A DNA stretch of 37,726 nucleotides from Myxococcota bacterium (GCA_039208735.1 JBCCQY010000084.1:1-37726); one strand, 5' to 3'. Positions 27,125 through 37,025 are shown, numbered from the stretch's first letter. Notes: generated from the letters alone by a model not told the origin. Program-made: numbers and translations.

Positions 27125-27125
27125 A

Positions 27126-27731
27126 TTACCACGCTACGAGCGAGCGTACCTGTCCGTCGTCCCGAACGAGGTTGATGCGACCGGGGAACGGCCAGGACTG
27201 CACCGAACCACCCGCGATCAACAGTTCGATCACATCGCCCCAACCCGATCGGAAGGATCCATTCAACTCCCGGATCGGCAACTGCGCCACGGCCCCCTTC
27301 AACACCCAATCCCCCTCGCGAACGTCCACAAACTGCAGTTGCCCACGCGTGTACTCATCGAACGACCCGTCGTCAGACGAAAGTGAGACGGACAGTTCGA
27401 AAACGCCCCAACTTTCACAGTCGTCCCCCACGCCTCCAAATCCCTGACCCCGGCCTCGAGTGCGGAGACTCAGCGTCAAGGGCACCTCCGCACCATCCCA
27501 CCACACCGAGTCGAGCGTGTACTCTCCGAGGTACGGCCGTGCGAGTCCAGACAGCGAACTCTCCGTCGAGGGCAATCGACCATAGACGCTGTTGATGTTC
27601 CTCGCACAGGAGCCTGGGGTCAGGCCTTCGTCACCAATCTGCGTCGCCCGACCGACTGGCATACGGCCCCTGCCTTCCTCCACGCACCCCACCCCGACGG
27701 CCAGAAGCAATGGCCAAAGCCGCATCTGCAT
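27126..27731 (-). CDS. Hypothetical lipoprotein
   Basis: GGGAGG RBS (27740-27745). Signal MQMRLWPLLLAVGVG-C. Confidence 0.7.
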   Translation of the reverse strand: MQMRLWPLLLAVGVGCVEEGRGRMPVGRATQIGDEGLTPGSCARNINSVYGRLPSTESSLSGLARPYLGEYTLDSVWWDGAEVPLTLSLRTRGRGQGFGGVGDDCESWGVFELSVSLSSDDGSFDEYTRGQLQFVDVREGDWVLKGAVAQLPIRELNGSFRSGWGDVIELLIAGGSVQSWPFPGRINLVRDDGQVRSLVAW

Positions 27732-27785
27732 CACGGTCACCTCCCATCGCCAACCTAGCCCTTCCCCTTCGGGTCGGGTTACCGA

Positions 27786-27829
27786 ATTCGAACATTCTGG
27801 CTACCATAGGCACACGTGAATGTTCGAAT
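27786..27829. repeat. Perfect 12-bp inverted repeat with 20-bp spacer (candidate operator)
   Basis: ATTCGAACATTC (27786-27797) and GAATGTTCGAAT (27818-27829), in the divergent gap. Confidence 0.85.
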
Positions 27830-27841
27830 GTGGGAGGGTCC

Positions 27842-28807
27842 GTGCAGCAAGCCGCCCAGGAACTATGTCGAGCGATTCGAGGCCATCGGTCGCAGGTCGC
27901 GTTTGCCCGGCGGTTGGGGTACCGGGGCCACGCGATCGCCAATTGGGAAGCGGGACGTCGGAGCCCCGCCATCACCGAAGTGCTCCGCGCAGCAGCCCTC
28001 GTCGGCATCGATGTTCCGGGGAGTTTTCGGGACTTCGAGCCTCGGCTACCCGCCCCGGCGGACCCCACTGACTTCGCCACCGTTGTGCCTTGGCTGCAAG
28101 GCCTTCGCGGCCGCACCTCGCAAAAGGATCTCGCCCGGGCCATGGGCATCTCACGACATCGTGTAGGACGGTGGCTTCGGGGCGAAGCGGTGCCCCGCGT
28201 GCATGAGTTTCTCACCCTGGTGCATGCCTTGTCGGGAGGACGGGCCGCAGATTGGGTGGCAAAGTTGGTCCCCGCGGATCAAGTCCCGAGCCTGGCGCCT
28301 TGGTTTCGCCGCACCCGGCTCATCCAGAACCTCGTTGCAGACCAGCCCTGGGTGAGTCTAATTCGGCCGTTGGTCCGGGTGCTTCATCCACTCGACCCCG
28401 ACACCGAGATCCAACAGCTCGCCGCGCAAGTCGGGATTCCGGAGTCCCAAATGGCCGAGGCAGTGGCGGCGCTGGAGTCGTGCGGCCTGATCCAGCGCCA
28501 CGGAGGCGTGCTCACGGTCGACGGCGGATTCACGATGGATCTCGCGTCCACGCCCGAGGCGCGAAAGACGCTCAAGTCTCACTGGTCGACGATTGGATCA
28601 AAGCGCATCGACGCCCCCCGGACCGGCGATCTATTTTCGTTCAACGTGTTCACCGCATCGCACGACCTTGTGGCAAGGCTTCGCGACCTTCAGCGAAGCT
28701 ACTTTCGTCAGGTGCGCGCGCTTGTGGGTGAATCTGCCCAAGAACCGGATCAGGTGGTCGTGATGAACGTGCACCTGTTCGCCTTTGGGCACGAGCCAAC
28801 CCCTTAG
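27842..28807 (+). CDS. Tandem XRE/Cro HTH regulator with C-terminal DUF4423-like domain
   Basis: Two HTH units: SQVAFARRLGY...ANWEAGRRSP and SQKDLARAMGIS...GRWLRGEAVP. Winged-helix segment LAAQVGI...LESCGLI, then KSHW...FSFNVF...VVMNVHLF. GGGAGG before GTG 27842. Confidence 0.8.
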   Translation: MQQAAQELCRAIRGHRSQVAFARRLGYRGHAIANWEAGRRSPAITEVLRAAALVGIDVPGSFRDFEPRLPAPADPTDFATVVPWLQGLRGRTSQKDLARAMGISRHRVGRWLRGEAVPRVHEFLTLVHALSGGRAADWVAKLVPADQVPSLAPWFRRTRLIQNLVADQPWVSLIRPLVRVLHPLDPDTEIQQLAAQVGIPESQMAEAVAALESCGLIQRHGGVLTVDGGFTMDLASTPEARKTLKSHWSTIGSKRIDAPRTGDLFSFNVFTASHDLVARLRDLQRSYFRQVRALVGESAQEPDQVVVMNVHLFAFGHEPTP

Positions 28808-28836
28808 CGCACCTTATCCTTCGTCAGGGAGGCAGG

Positions 28837-29877
28837 ATGGCAGGCCAGTCTGGATATGCCTTGGGAGTCGGATGGCGAGGGCTGCTGCGCGAGGTGGGGG
28901 TAGATGCCGCTGTGGTGTTGCGACGGGCCAACCTGCCCGCGGACCTCCTTCATCAAGAACAGGCTCGGGTCTCGCCCGAAGCCTTCTTTCGCTTCTTTGA
29001 GGCCGTTGATGCGAGTGTCCCTGGACCGGAGTTCTGGGTCGATTTGGTCGAGGCCATGAGTGCCGAGTGGTTCTCTCCCCCTCTTTTCGCGGCATTGTGC
29101 AGCCCGAACCTCATCGTCGCGTGTGAGCGAATCGCCCGCTTCAAACCCCTGGTTGGCCCTGTAGAGCTGACATTCGAAACAGACCGGGGAGGGCTGCACC
29201 TCACCTATCGTTGGACCGTCCCCACGATGGAGCCACCCACCTACTTGCAAGGCATCGAAGCCATGTTCGCCGTTCGCTTGGCTCGGATGGGAACCCGCCA
29301 CCCCGTTCGTCCAACCCAGGTGCTCACCTCACACCTTCCTCCCGATGCCGCACCGTTCGAGACCTTCCTCGGTACCTCATTTCAACGCGGCAGCGACGGA
29401 TTGCAAATCTCATTCAGCCTACGCGATGCCCAACGCCCCTTTCTCACCGCCAACGACGCCATGTGGCGCATCTTCGAGCCCGAGTTGCGCCGCCGCCTCG
29501 ACGATCTTCAAGGGAATGCCTCGTTTGAGGAGCGCACGCGAGCCGTGCTCCTCGAAGCGCTGCCCAGCGGTCAGTCCGCCATGGAACCGGTGGCCCGACG
29601 TTTGGCCGTGAGTTCACGGACCTTGCAGCGTCGCCTTCGCGAAGAGGGCACCACCTTCAAGGAAGTGGTGCGCGCCACCAGGGAAAGCCTTGCTCGGCAC
29701 TACCTCCGCCACACCCAGCTCACCGCGACCGAGATCGCCTTTTTGCTGGGGTTCGAGGAACCTACGTCCTTCTTCCGTGCCTTTCATCGATGGACCGGCG
29801 CAACCCCCGAGACGCTGCGACAGACGCTCGTTGATTCAACTCAAAGGTCGAGTTTCGAGCGAGGCGCCGACGGCTAG
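28837..29877 (+). CDS. AraC family regulator (OruR-like, Arabinose_bd_2 ligand domain)
   Basis: GGAGG RBS. FSPPLFAALCSPN, VARRLAVSSRTLQRRLREEGTTF, EIAFLLGFEEPTSFFRAFHRWTG. Confidence 0.95.
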   Translation: MAGQSGYALGVGWRGLLREVGVDAAVVLRRANLPADLLHQEQARVSPEAFFRFFEAVDASVPGPEFWVDLVEAMSAEWFSPPLFAALCSPNLIVACERIARFKPLVGPVELTFETDRGGLHLTYRWTVPTMEPPTYLQGIEAMFAVRLARMGTRHPVRPTQVLTSHLPPDAAPFETFLGTSFQRGSDGLQISFSLRDAQRPFLTANDAMWRIFEPELRRRLDDLQGNASFEERTRAVLLEALPSGQSAMEPVARRLAVSSRTLQRRLREEGTTFKEVVRATRESLARHYLRHTQLTATEIAFLLGFEEPTSFFRAFHRWTGATPETLRQTLVDSTQRSSFERGADG

Positions 29878-29897
29878 GTTTCTGGCGCGTAGGGCGA
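29862..29897 (+). promoter_or_regulatory. Putative AraC-type direct-repeat site upstream of the SDR gene
   Basis: GGCGC cores at 29863 and 29884, 21 bp apart, a spacing typical of AraC/XylS sites. Confidence 0.35.
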
Positions 29898-29950
29898 TGC
29901 CCACCCCCACGGCTCGGTCCTAGCTTCGACGCAGCTCCAGGAGATGGGCC

Positions 29951-30877
29951 ATGATCCAGAACTTCACCGAAGCCGACATTCCCGATCAGAGCGGAAAGAT
30001 CATTTTTGTCACCGGTGCCAACACGGGCATCGGATTTGAGGCGGCCCGCGCGCTCGCCATGCGAGGAGGCCGCGTACTGCTCGGCTGTCGGAACCGCGAC
30101 AAAGGCCATGACGCCGTTCAGCGCATCAAAGCGGCGCATCCCGATGCCGATGTCGAACTCGTCCAAATCGATCTCATGGACCTCGCCTCGGTGGAACAAG
30201 CCGCCAAGACGGTGGCCCAAGAGCCCAAGCTCGACGTACTGATCAACAACGCAGGCATCATGTTCACGCCCAAGACGTTCACGAAGGACGGATTCGAATC
30301 CCAGTTTGGCGTCAACCACCTGGGCCACTTCGCGCTGACCGGCCATCTGATGCCGAAACTGTTGGAAACGCCCGATGCGCGCATCGTCAACATTTCGAGC
30401 ACCGGCCACCGCTTAGGCAATGGTGACTTGTTCTGGGATGACCTGGATGCTTCCCAAGCCTACAATCCTCAGACGCGGTACTTCGCCTCGAAACTGGCGA
30501 ACCTTTTCTTCACCTACGAACTGGACCGGCGACTGAAGGCCAAGGGTTCGTCGGTCATTGCGGTCGCCGCCCACCCGGGTGGGGCAGACACCGAACTCGG
30601 TCGTCACATGAGCGGCCTCTTCGGCTTTCTGTTCCGGATGCTCCGACCGGTGCTCATGCTGTTCATGAACACGTCAGAGTCGGGTGCGTGGCCGACCGAA
30701 CTCGCCGCAGCCCATCCCGACGTGAAGGGTGGCCAGTACTTCGGTCCAAGCCGCTTCCGCGAGGCGTCGGGGCCCGCCCAGCAGGTCGATTCGAGCCCTC
30801 AAAGCAAAGACGCCGAGAAGGCACGCCGTCTCTGGGACCTCAGCATCGAGCTTACAAAGGTCAATCCAGGACTTTAG
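29951..30877 (+). CDS. Short-chain dehydrogenase/reductase (retinol-DH-like)
   Basis: VTGANTGIG, INNAGIM, VNHLGHFALT, ISS, YFASK (YxxxK), HPG. Confidence 0.95.
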   Translation: MIQNFTEADIPDQSGKIIFVTGANTGIGFEAARALAMRGGRVLLGCRNRDKGHDAVQRIKAAHPDADVELVQIDLMDLASVEQAAKTVAQEPKLDVLINNAGIMFTPKTFTKDGFESQFGVNHLGHFALTGHLMPKLLETPDARIVNISSTGHRLGNGDLFWDDLDASQAYNPQTRYFASKLANLFFTYELDRRLKAKGSSVIAVAAHPGGADTELGRHMSGLFGFLFRMLRPVLMLFMNTSESGAWPTELAAAHPDVKGGQYFGPSRFREASGPAQQVDSSPQSKDAEKARRLWDLSIELTKVNPGL

Positions 30878-31442
30878 CCTTCAGGCAAGCCGGCCATGCG
30901 GGATCCGTGCGGGCTTCGGCGGGGGAGCGAGGTGGTTTGGGATGGTCGGGCAACGGGCCGAGTGGCCGAGACCACCACCCCACGTCGTGCCACTGGCCGG
31001 CCTTGAATCCGACGTTGGGGTAGACCCCGACCGACGTAAACCCCAACGACTCGTGCAACCCCACGCTCGCGGCATTCGGCAGCGTGATGCCGGCGAACGC
31101 CATCGCATACCCCTGCACGCGCAGAAGGTCGAGCAGCACGCCATACAAGCGTCGTGCATGGCCTTGGCGCCGCGCCGTGGCTGCCACGTAGGCCGAAACC
31201 TCCACAGACCAACGGTAGGCCGCTCGGGCCCGATGTAGGCCCGCATACGCATAGGCCACCACCCCTTCATCGCCGTCGACCACGACCCACGGTGCGTGTT
31301 GCAGCACCCGAGCGATGCGAACCGCCATCTCCTCGACCGTGGGCACGTTGGCTTCAAAGCTGATGGCCGTGTGCTCGACCACCGGGGCGTAGATGGTGCG
31401 AATGGCCGCCGCATCTGCCTCGGTCGCTTCTCGAATGTGCAT
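30861..31442 (-). CDS. GNAT N-acetyltransferase, phosphinothricin/arsinothricin (PAT/ArsN1)-like
   Basis: IY...TAISFE..PTVEEM, AYAYAG, RAAYRWSVEVSAYV, GITLPNAASVGLHESLGF, VGFKAGQWHDVGWW. AAGGAG RBS. Confidence 0.9.
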   Translation of the reverse strand: MHIREATEADAAAIRTIYAPVVEHTAISFEANVPTVEEMAVRIARVLQHAPWVVVDGDEGVVAYAYAGLHRARAAYRWSVEVSAYVAATARRQGHARRLYGVLLDLLRVQGYAMAFAGITLPNAASVGLHESLGFTSVGVYPNVGFKAGQWHDVGWWSRPLGPLPDHPKPPRSPAEARTDPAWPACLKAKVLD

Positions 31443-31455
31443 CGGCGCCGCTCCT

Positions 31456-33372
31456 TCAAGACAGTCGGGTGAGCCGGATCCAAAACGTGCTTCCCCGGCC
31501 TGCTCCATCGCTGTGGGCTCCGACCTCGCCGCCGTGCGCCTCGACAATGCGCCGCACCAGGTACAGACCCAGTCCTGTGCTGGGCTCTCCTGCGGTGGGC
31601 CGCGCATGGCCCGTGACCCTGCGATCGAACACACGACGGGGTTCATCCCCCACGAGCCCCGGTCCTGAATCCTGCACCGACACAGTGATGTGCTTTTCGT
31701 TCGGAGAGACCCGAAGGGCCACCGTTTCGCCCGGAGCCGAGAACTTCAAGGCGTTGCTCACCAAGTTGTCGACGGCAGACTGCAACAACGCCTTCGAACC
31801 GAGCACCTGCCCATCGCTTCCTTCGGACCGAAGCGTCTGGCCCTTGGCGCGAGCCGCGCCCCCGAATGTCGCCTGGGCCCGCCGGACCAACTCCGAGACC
31901 CGAATCGGTTCAAAGGTGTCCGGCTTGGACAGCGCCTCCGAGGCATCGATCGCTTCGTCGAGCACGAGTCGCATGTTGCGAACCGCGTTGGTGCCGGTCG
32001 CGAGAAGGCTCTGGATTTCTTGCAGAGACTCGAGTTCAGGCACCTCGTCCAACATCAGTGCCAAAGCGGATAGCGGATTTCGAAGGTCGTGAGCCACGAG
32101 TTCGAGCAAGTCCCGTCGCTCGGCTTCGGCCGCCTCGGCCGCTCTACGAAGCTTCCGCTGGGTCGCCAACGCACCCGCCAACTCATCGGCGCGAAGCTGC
32201 TCTTGGCGCGACGCCTCCAGCTGTCCGAGCACCTCGGTGGCCCGACAGCGTCGCTCCGCCTGGAACGCCCCCACCATCGAGGTGGCTTCACTGTGCCGCT
32301 GAAACCAGTGTCGCGCGCCTTGGGAATCCCCGTCGTCCTGGGCGGTAACGGCGAGAACCCAGCTCGCGTCACGCTCCAGCTCCGCACGATGCCGATCGGG
32401 GGTCGTCGGCACCTCGTCCAGCCAGGTGGCGAGAACCGTGCGGGCCTCCACATCGCCCATGGCCGCAAGCTGAATGCGGGCGCGGTCGTGCACCATCGCG
32501 GCTCGGGGTTCAGCGAGGACGCGCTCAAAATCTAGGCGAGCGCGCTCTGGCTCGCCAAGGTCGGTCCAAATCAGCCCGCGCAGGAGCCAGGCTTCCACCT
32601 TCGACAACGGGGATTCACCGGATTCGAGGCACTGCAGGGCACGGTCCACCTCGAACAGTGCCTCCGAACTGGCCGAGGTCTCCCTAAGCGTCTCGGCGAG
32701 CACAAGCCGGGCTTGTCCCTCTTCAAATGGCTGACGACGAGCCTCGTGCATGGCAATCGCGGCTTGCGCGTGGTGTTCCGCGCGCTTGAGGTCCCCACGC
32801 TCACGATGCGCCAGCGATGCGCCCACATGCGACTTCGCCTCGCGCGTCATCCCCGGTACCGCCAACTCGATGGCACGATTGAACGCCTTGACGGCTCGAT
32901 CCGGGAGCCCGACATCGAGCCACAGGTAGCCGCGATGGTACTCCGCCATCACCATCATGTCGGGCGTTCGGGCCAGCGCGACAGCCTGCTCGGCCAACAC
33001 CAACGCCCGAACGGGCTGCTCCTCCGCCTGGGCAAACCGTGACCGGGCCAGGGCCGACGGCATGGTTTCGCGCTTGAGGCGCGCGAGTAGGGACGCAGCT
33101 CGATCCTTGTCGCCGGCCAGCAGCCAGCCGTACGCCATGTAGGGGTTGACGCGATCCGCGAGTTCCTCCGACAGGGGACCGAGGCGGCCGTACGTCTGTT
33201 CTGCCTCGTCGAAGCGCGACAGCAAGACCAGGGCGACGACGATTTCGACCCGCGCTTCCTGCGGAAGCTCCGCCTCCAGCTGCTGTGCAAGCTGAAGCTG
33301 GCGAAGCGAATCGCCTTCGTCTCCAAGGCGGCGAGCTTCTTCGAGCCGGGCGTCGATGTCCGATGCGGTCAT
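31456..33372 (-). CDS. Soluble TPR-repeat sensor histidine kinase
   Basis: Helical TPR-like N-terminal region without TM segments. H-box AHDLRNPL, NLVSNALKFS, DSGPG, STGLGL, GSTF. Confidence 0.9.
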   Translation of the reverse strand: MTASDIDARLEEARRLGDEGDSLRQLQLAQQLEAELPQEARVEIVVALVLLSRFDEAEQTYGRLGPLSEELADRVNPYMAYGWLLAGDKDRAASLLARLKRETMPSALARSRFAQAEEQPVRALVLAEQAVALARTPDMMVMAEYHRGYLWLDVGLPDRAVKAFNRAIELAVPGMTREAKSHVGASLAHRERGDLKRAEHHAQAAIAMHEARRQPFEEGQARLVLAETLRETSASSEALFEVDRALQCLESGESPLSKVEAWLLRGLIWTDLGEPERARLDFERVLAEPRAAMVHDRARIQLAAMGDVEARTVLATWLDEVPTTPDRHRAELERDASWVLAVTAQDDGDSQGARHWFQRHSEATSMVGAFQAERRCRATEVLGQLEASRQEQLRADELAGALATQRKLRRAAEAAEAERRDLLELVAHDLRNPLSALALMLDEVPELESLQEIQSLLATGTNAVRNMRLVLDEAIDASEALSKPDTFEPIRVSELVRRAQATFGGAARAKGQTLRSEGSDGQVLGSKALLQSAVDNLVSNALKFSAPGETVALRVSPNEKHITVSVQDSGPGLVGDEPRRVFDRRVTGHARPTAGEPSTGLGLYLVRRIVEAHGGEVGAHSDGAGRGSTFWIRLTRLS

Positions 33373-33407
33373 GCCGATGACCTATCGTCCCTCGCCGCCC
33401 GACCCGG

Positions 33408-36400
33408 TCAGTCTGACGCGACTTCGACCGCCACCACGTTGTCGCGGCGAGCGCGGTCCAGCAGCAGGTGGTTCGGATCAACCCCGGCGTAGCTTGGCTT
33501 TTCGGGTACCGTCAGCTCGATGGTTGTCTCGGGACCCTGGAGCCGCCGCCACTCGACCTGCAACGGCCGGCGTTCCGCTTCCGTCCCGGCGTAGACGCCC
33601 ACCTGAACCGACTCGTCGAAGGCGATCTCGGTTTCTTCACCCACCTCATCGGCCTCGGTTCGCTCGAGCACCAAATCGAGCTTCACGGTCCACGTGCCAT
33701 CCGCGTTCTCGGTCGCGGTCGCCGCACTGGTGCGATTCTGGTACAGCACGATGCGCTCGAACGAGTCCTTCAGGCGGTCACTGGCGTCGGGCACCGCTTC
33801 GCGCAGGTGGTCGATGAAGTCCCGTGCGGTCGGGTAGGGCGGACCCTGGTAGCGCCATTCATCGAGAAAGCTTCGGATGGCTTGGTCCATTCGATCCTGA
33901 CCGAACTCTTGGGCCAGCTCGTACATCACGACGCCACCCTTACGGTAGTGGATGTAGCCCTGGTTCTCCACCCGCATCAGCGGCACTTCTCGGTCGCGCT
34001 CGACCGTCCGACCCCGGAAGTAGTTGTCCTGTTCGTAGCGCGTGAAGCGATGCACGTGCTCGGAGCCGTACACCTGATCCATCAATGTGATCGCCGAATA
34101 CTGGGCGAGCGTTTCCACGAGAACCGTCGCGCCTTGGCCGTCCCCCGAGATGATCTGGTGAGCCCACCACTGGTGGGCGACCTCGTGAGCCGTGACGTAA
34201 TACGGATAGTCGACGTCTTCGTCGGGGTCTCGAATCTTCGCAATGAACCCGATGGACTCACTGAAGGGAATCGTCGAGGGAAACGACTGGGCAAACTGCG
34301 CGTACCGCGGAAACTCCACGATTCGGATCTGATTGTATTGGTACGGACCAAAACGCTCCCCAAACGAACGCACCGAGTCCGTCACGCCATCGATCATGCG
34401 CTGTACGTTGTAGGTGTGGGTGGGGTGGTGGTACACCTCGATCCCAATTCCGTCCACCTCCGCACGCTCGACCTCCCAGGCACCCGAGAGAAAGGAAAAG
34501 AAGTAGAGAATTGGGTCTTCCGCCTCAAACGTGAAGAAGCGTCGACCGCCCTCGACACGCTCATCGATCAAGGCCCCGGGCGCCAGCGCAATCTGGTTCT
34601 CGACCGTCGACACAACCGCCCGAAACGACACCCGATCGCCATCGTCGGTGATGTAGTTGCGGGTTCGCGCCATGGGATCGTCGAGATCGAGCATGCGAGG
34701 ACGCGGTGGCAGATCGTATTTGCGTCGCTCCGCCTTGTCAGACAGCTCTTGGCCCCGTGAATAGCCGAGGCTTGGGATGAACGCTCCCGACGAGACAAAG
34801 GAGCCGTTGCTCACGACGTTGGTGTCCATTCCGTCGTTGTCAAAACCCTTCGGCTGATAGTCGACCTGGAAGGTGAGGGTCGTCTCGGCACCTGGGGCCA
34901 AGGGCGAAGCGAACGTTGCTACGTGCAGTCCCAGCGGCTTGTCGAGTTCTTCGACCGTTGCCCCCTTGACCTGCATCTCGATGTCGAGGTCCTGGTTCAC
35001 CGACAGCATCATTTGCTCGATCGGCACCGCCTCTCGGTTGACCATCTGCAGGGCGCCAGTGGCCTGCATGCTTCCTTGGTCGGGGTAGAAATCCACGGTG
35101 AGGTCCACGTCCACGACCCGCGGATGGGGTTTGGACTCCCAGGCCTCTTTGTAGGTCTTTTCGTACCGAACCACCTCCCGCCGCTGGTCGACCGACGTGC
35201 GGAACGGCCGAAGCACCGCCGACTGCACCACGATGAAGGCCCCCAGCACCACCGCAGTGACCGTGGCGAATCCGCCCACGGCCAGGGTCGGACGATCCAG
35301 CCGGCGTCGCGCCTCCGCCCACCGCGCCCGGAACCCAGGGTCCGTGCCGCGCACCACGAACAGTCTCGCGAAGGCCAGCAACGCCACGCCAATGGCGAGC
35401 CAAAAGGTCTGGTAGAGCAAGCTCGGGCCAAGCGAGGTGCCCCAATCATTCATGTCGGAATAGGTGCGGCCCGGATCCGATCCAAACCAAAACAGGTGGT
35501 ATTCGAAGCCCAACGAGGTTCGGAAACTCTGGAGGATCCAGTACATCACGACGATGACGTGCCCGAGCACCTTCTGGTTTACAATCACGTGGATGGCCAT
35601 CGTCAACGCGATCAGTGGCATCCAACTGAACAGGCCAAGGACGAGCCACTCTGCATACAGACCGAGTTCGAAGTGGGTGTAGCCGTCTGCAAACTGTACG
35701 ATCACCCCAATGACGGGAATCGTCGCGTAAAGCCCCACCACCACCGCCGACAACGCCACGGTCTTCGCAATCAACGGGAGCACGTCGGGCAACGGTGCCG
35801 TGTCAAAGAAGGCTGCGCTGCGCAAATCCCGTTCCTGCCACACCAAATCGCCCGCGTAAAACGTGATCACGATGAGCACAAACAAGCCTAGGGTGCCTTC
35901 CAAGACCTCGAGCACGCCGTAGGTGACAGGCCAGGTCTCGGTGCCGAACATCGATCCGATCGCCTGGGACTGCAGCAGCTGAAACGCTAGTGCCGCCGCG
36001 ACAAATCCCCAGAAGTATCGATGCCCGATGACATCGCGGACCGCGCGGCTCGTGAGCGCCATCAACTGACGGAACCGGGCGGCCCCGTCGAACCGTCCCG
36101 GAACCTTGGGAAGCCCTCCGGCCCGTGGCGTCGACGCCGAAACGGGGGTTGGCTCTGGAGTGCGGGTGCGCGTCATCCAGCGAAACCACTGCAGACCATC
36201 ATGGTCGAGGCGCGCGAACCGCGCCGCAACGGCGAGGCCACCAAGGGCGACTCCCACCCACAGCGCACGATTGGCGAGTGCCCATCCCGCGGGCCACGGC
36301 AAAAGGGTGTTGCGCTCAAACGGGGACCAGTAGCGCGTCTGCTCGAAGAATGCGCGGAGCCCAAACGGGTCGATCATGACCGCAAGCACCTCGTTGTCGA

Positions 36401-37025
36401 GGTCGCGAATGAGCGTTTGGGAGGCGAGGTAGCCGACCAACAGCACCACGCCCACGATGGTGTTGGGAAACATGCGACGCGTGATCAGGGCGACCGAGAA
36501 GAACAGCGCCGTGGCCGCGAGCACATTTGGAAGAATGAAGCCAAGGTACGGCACCACCCCGTTGAGGATGCCGAAGGCTCCGAATCGCTCTGCTTCGAGG
36601 AACGGAAGGTTCGCCCCAATGGATAGCCCGATCGGAATTCCTGCGGTGATGATCATGCCGATCACCAGGGCTGTCGCGAACCGCGCAGAAAGCAGGACAA
36701 CACGGGGCACCGGGGTCGTGTAGACCAAGGGTGCAGACCCCTCCGCCACGTCACGGCAGGCGGCCCAACCGGCCTCCGAACTGATGTTGAGAATGGTGAA
36801 CAGCGAGAGCGAAAGCGCGATGGCCGCCATCGCGTAGGGGGAGTCGACGAGGTTGTTGCTCCCCCCCACGCCGACTTGTACGCCCTCGAATGCACCGCCG
36901 GCGGCAATCATGAAGAACATGCCAAGGGCTGCATACACCGACGCGTAGACCCACGGACCACTGCGCGAGAGCTGGGCGCGCAGGTCGTGGGTGAACAGCA
37001 CAAAGAACCACCGAAGCCCGCTCAT
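33408..37025 (-). CDS. ABC-2 type permease fused to M1 family aminopeptidase
   Basis: Two multi-TM permease repeats, then an M1 domain with AHEVAHQWW (HExxH), ETLAQY and HYRKG. Start overlaps the ATPase stop (ATGA). Confidence 0.92.
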   Translation of the reverse strand: MSGLRWFFVLFTHDLRAQLSRSGPWVYASVYAALGMFFMIAAGGAFEGVQVGVGGSNNLVDSPYAMAAIALSLSLFTILNISSEAGWAACRDVAEGSAPLVYTTPVPRVVLLSARFATALVIGMIITAGIPIGLSIGANLPFLEAERFGAFGILNGVVPYLGFILPNVLAATALFFSVALITRRMFPNTIVGVVLLVGYLASQTLIRDLDNEVLAVMIDPFGLRAFFEQTRYWSPFERNTLLPWPAGWALANRALWVGVALGGLAVAARFARLDHDGLQWFRWMTRTRTPEPTPVSASTPRAGGLPKVPGRFDGAARFRQLMALTSRAVRDVIGHRYFWGFVAAALAFQLLQSQAIGSMFGTETWPVTYGVLEVLEGTLGLFVLIVITFYAGDLVWQERDLRSAAFFDTAPLPDVLPLIAKTVALSAVVVGLYATIPVIGVIVQFADGYTHFELGLYAEWLVLGLFSWMPLIALTMAIHVIVNQKVLGHVIVVMYWILQSFRTSLGFEYHLFWFGSDPGRTYSDMNDWGTSLGPSLLYQTFWLAIGVALLAFARLFVVRGTDPGFRARWAEARRRLDRPTLAVGGFATVTAVVLGAFIVVQSAVLRPFRTSVDQRREVVRYEKTYKEAWESKPHPRVVDVDLTVDFYPDQGSMQATGALQMVNREAVPIEQMMLSVNQDLDIEMQVKGATVEELDKPLGLHVATFASPLAPGAETTLTFQVDYQPKGFDNDGMDTNVVSNGSFVSSGAFIPSLGYSRGQELSDKAERRKYDLPPRPRMLDLDDPMARTRNYITDDGDRVSFRAVVSTVENQIALAPGALIDERVEGGRRFFTFEAEDPILYFFSFLSGAWEVERAEVDGIGIEVYHHPTHTYNVQRMIDGVTDSVRSFGERFGPYQYNQIRIVEFPRYAQFAQSFPSTIPFSESIGFIAKIRDPDEDVDYPYYVTAHEVAHQWWAHQIISGDGQGATVLVETLAQYSAITLMDQVYGSEHVHRFTRYEQDNYFRGRTVERDREVPLMRVENQGYIHYRKGGVVMYELAQEFGQDRMDQAIRSFLDEWRYQGPPYPTARDFIDHLREAVPDASDRLKDSFERIVLYQNRTSAATATENADGTWTVKLDLVLERTEADEVGEETEIAFDESVQVGVYAGTEAERRPLQVEWRRLQGPETTIELTVPEKPSYAGVDPNHLLLDRARRDNVVAVEVASD

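Noticed and set aside
33468..35891. Long plus-strand ORFs (430 aa, 322 aa)
   Set aside because: Antisense shadows of the permease-M1 gene caused by codon bias.
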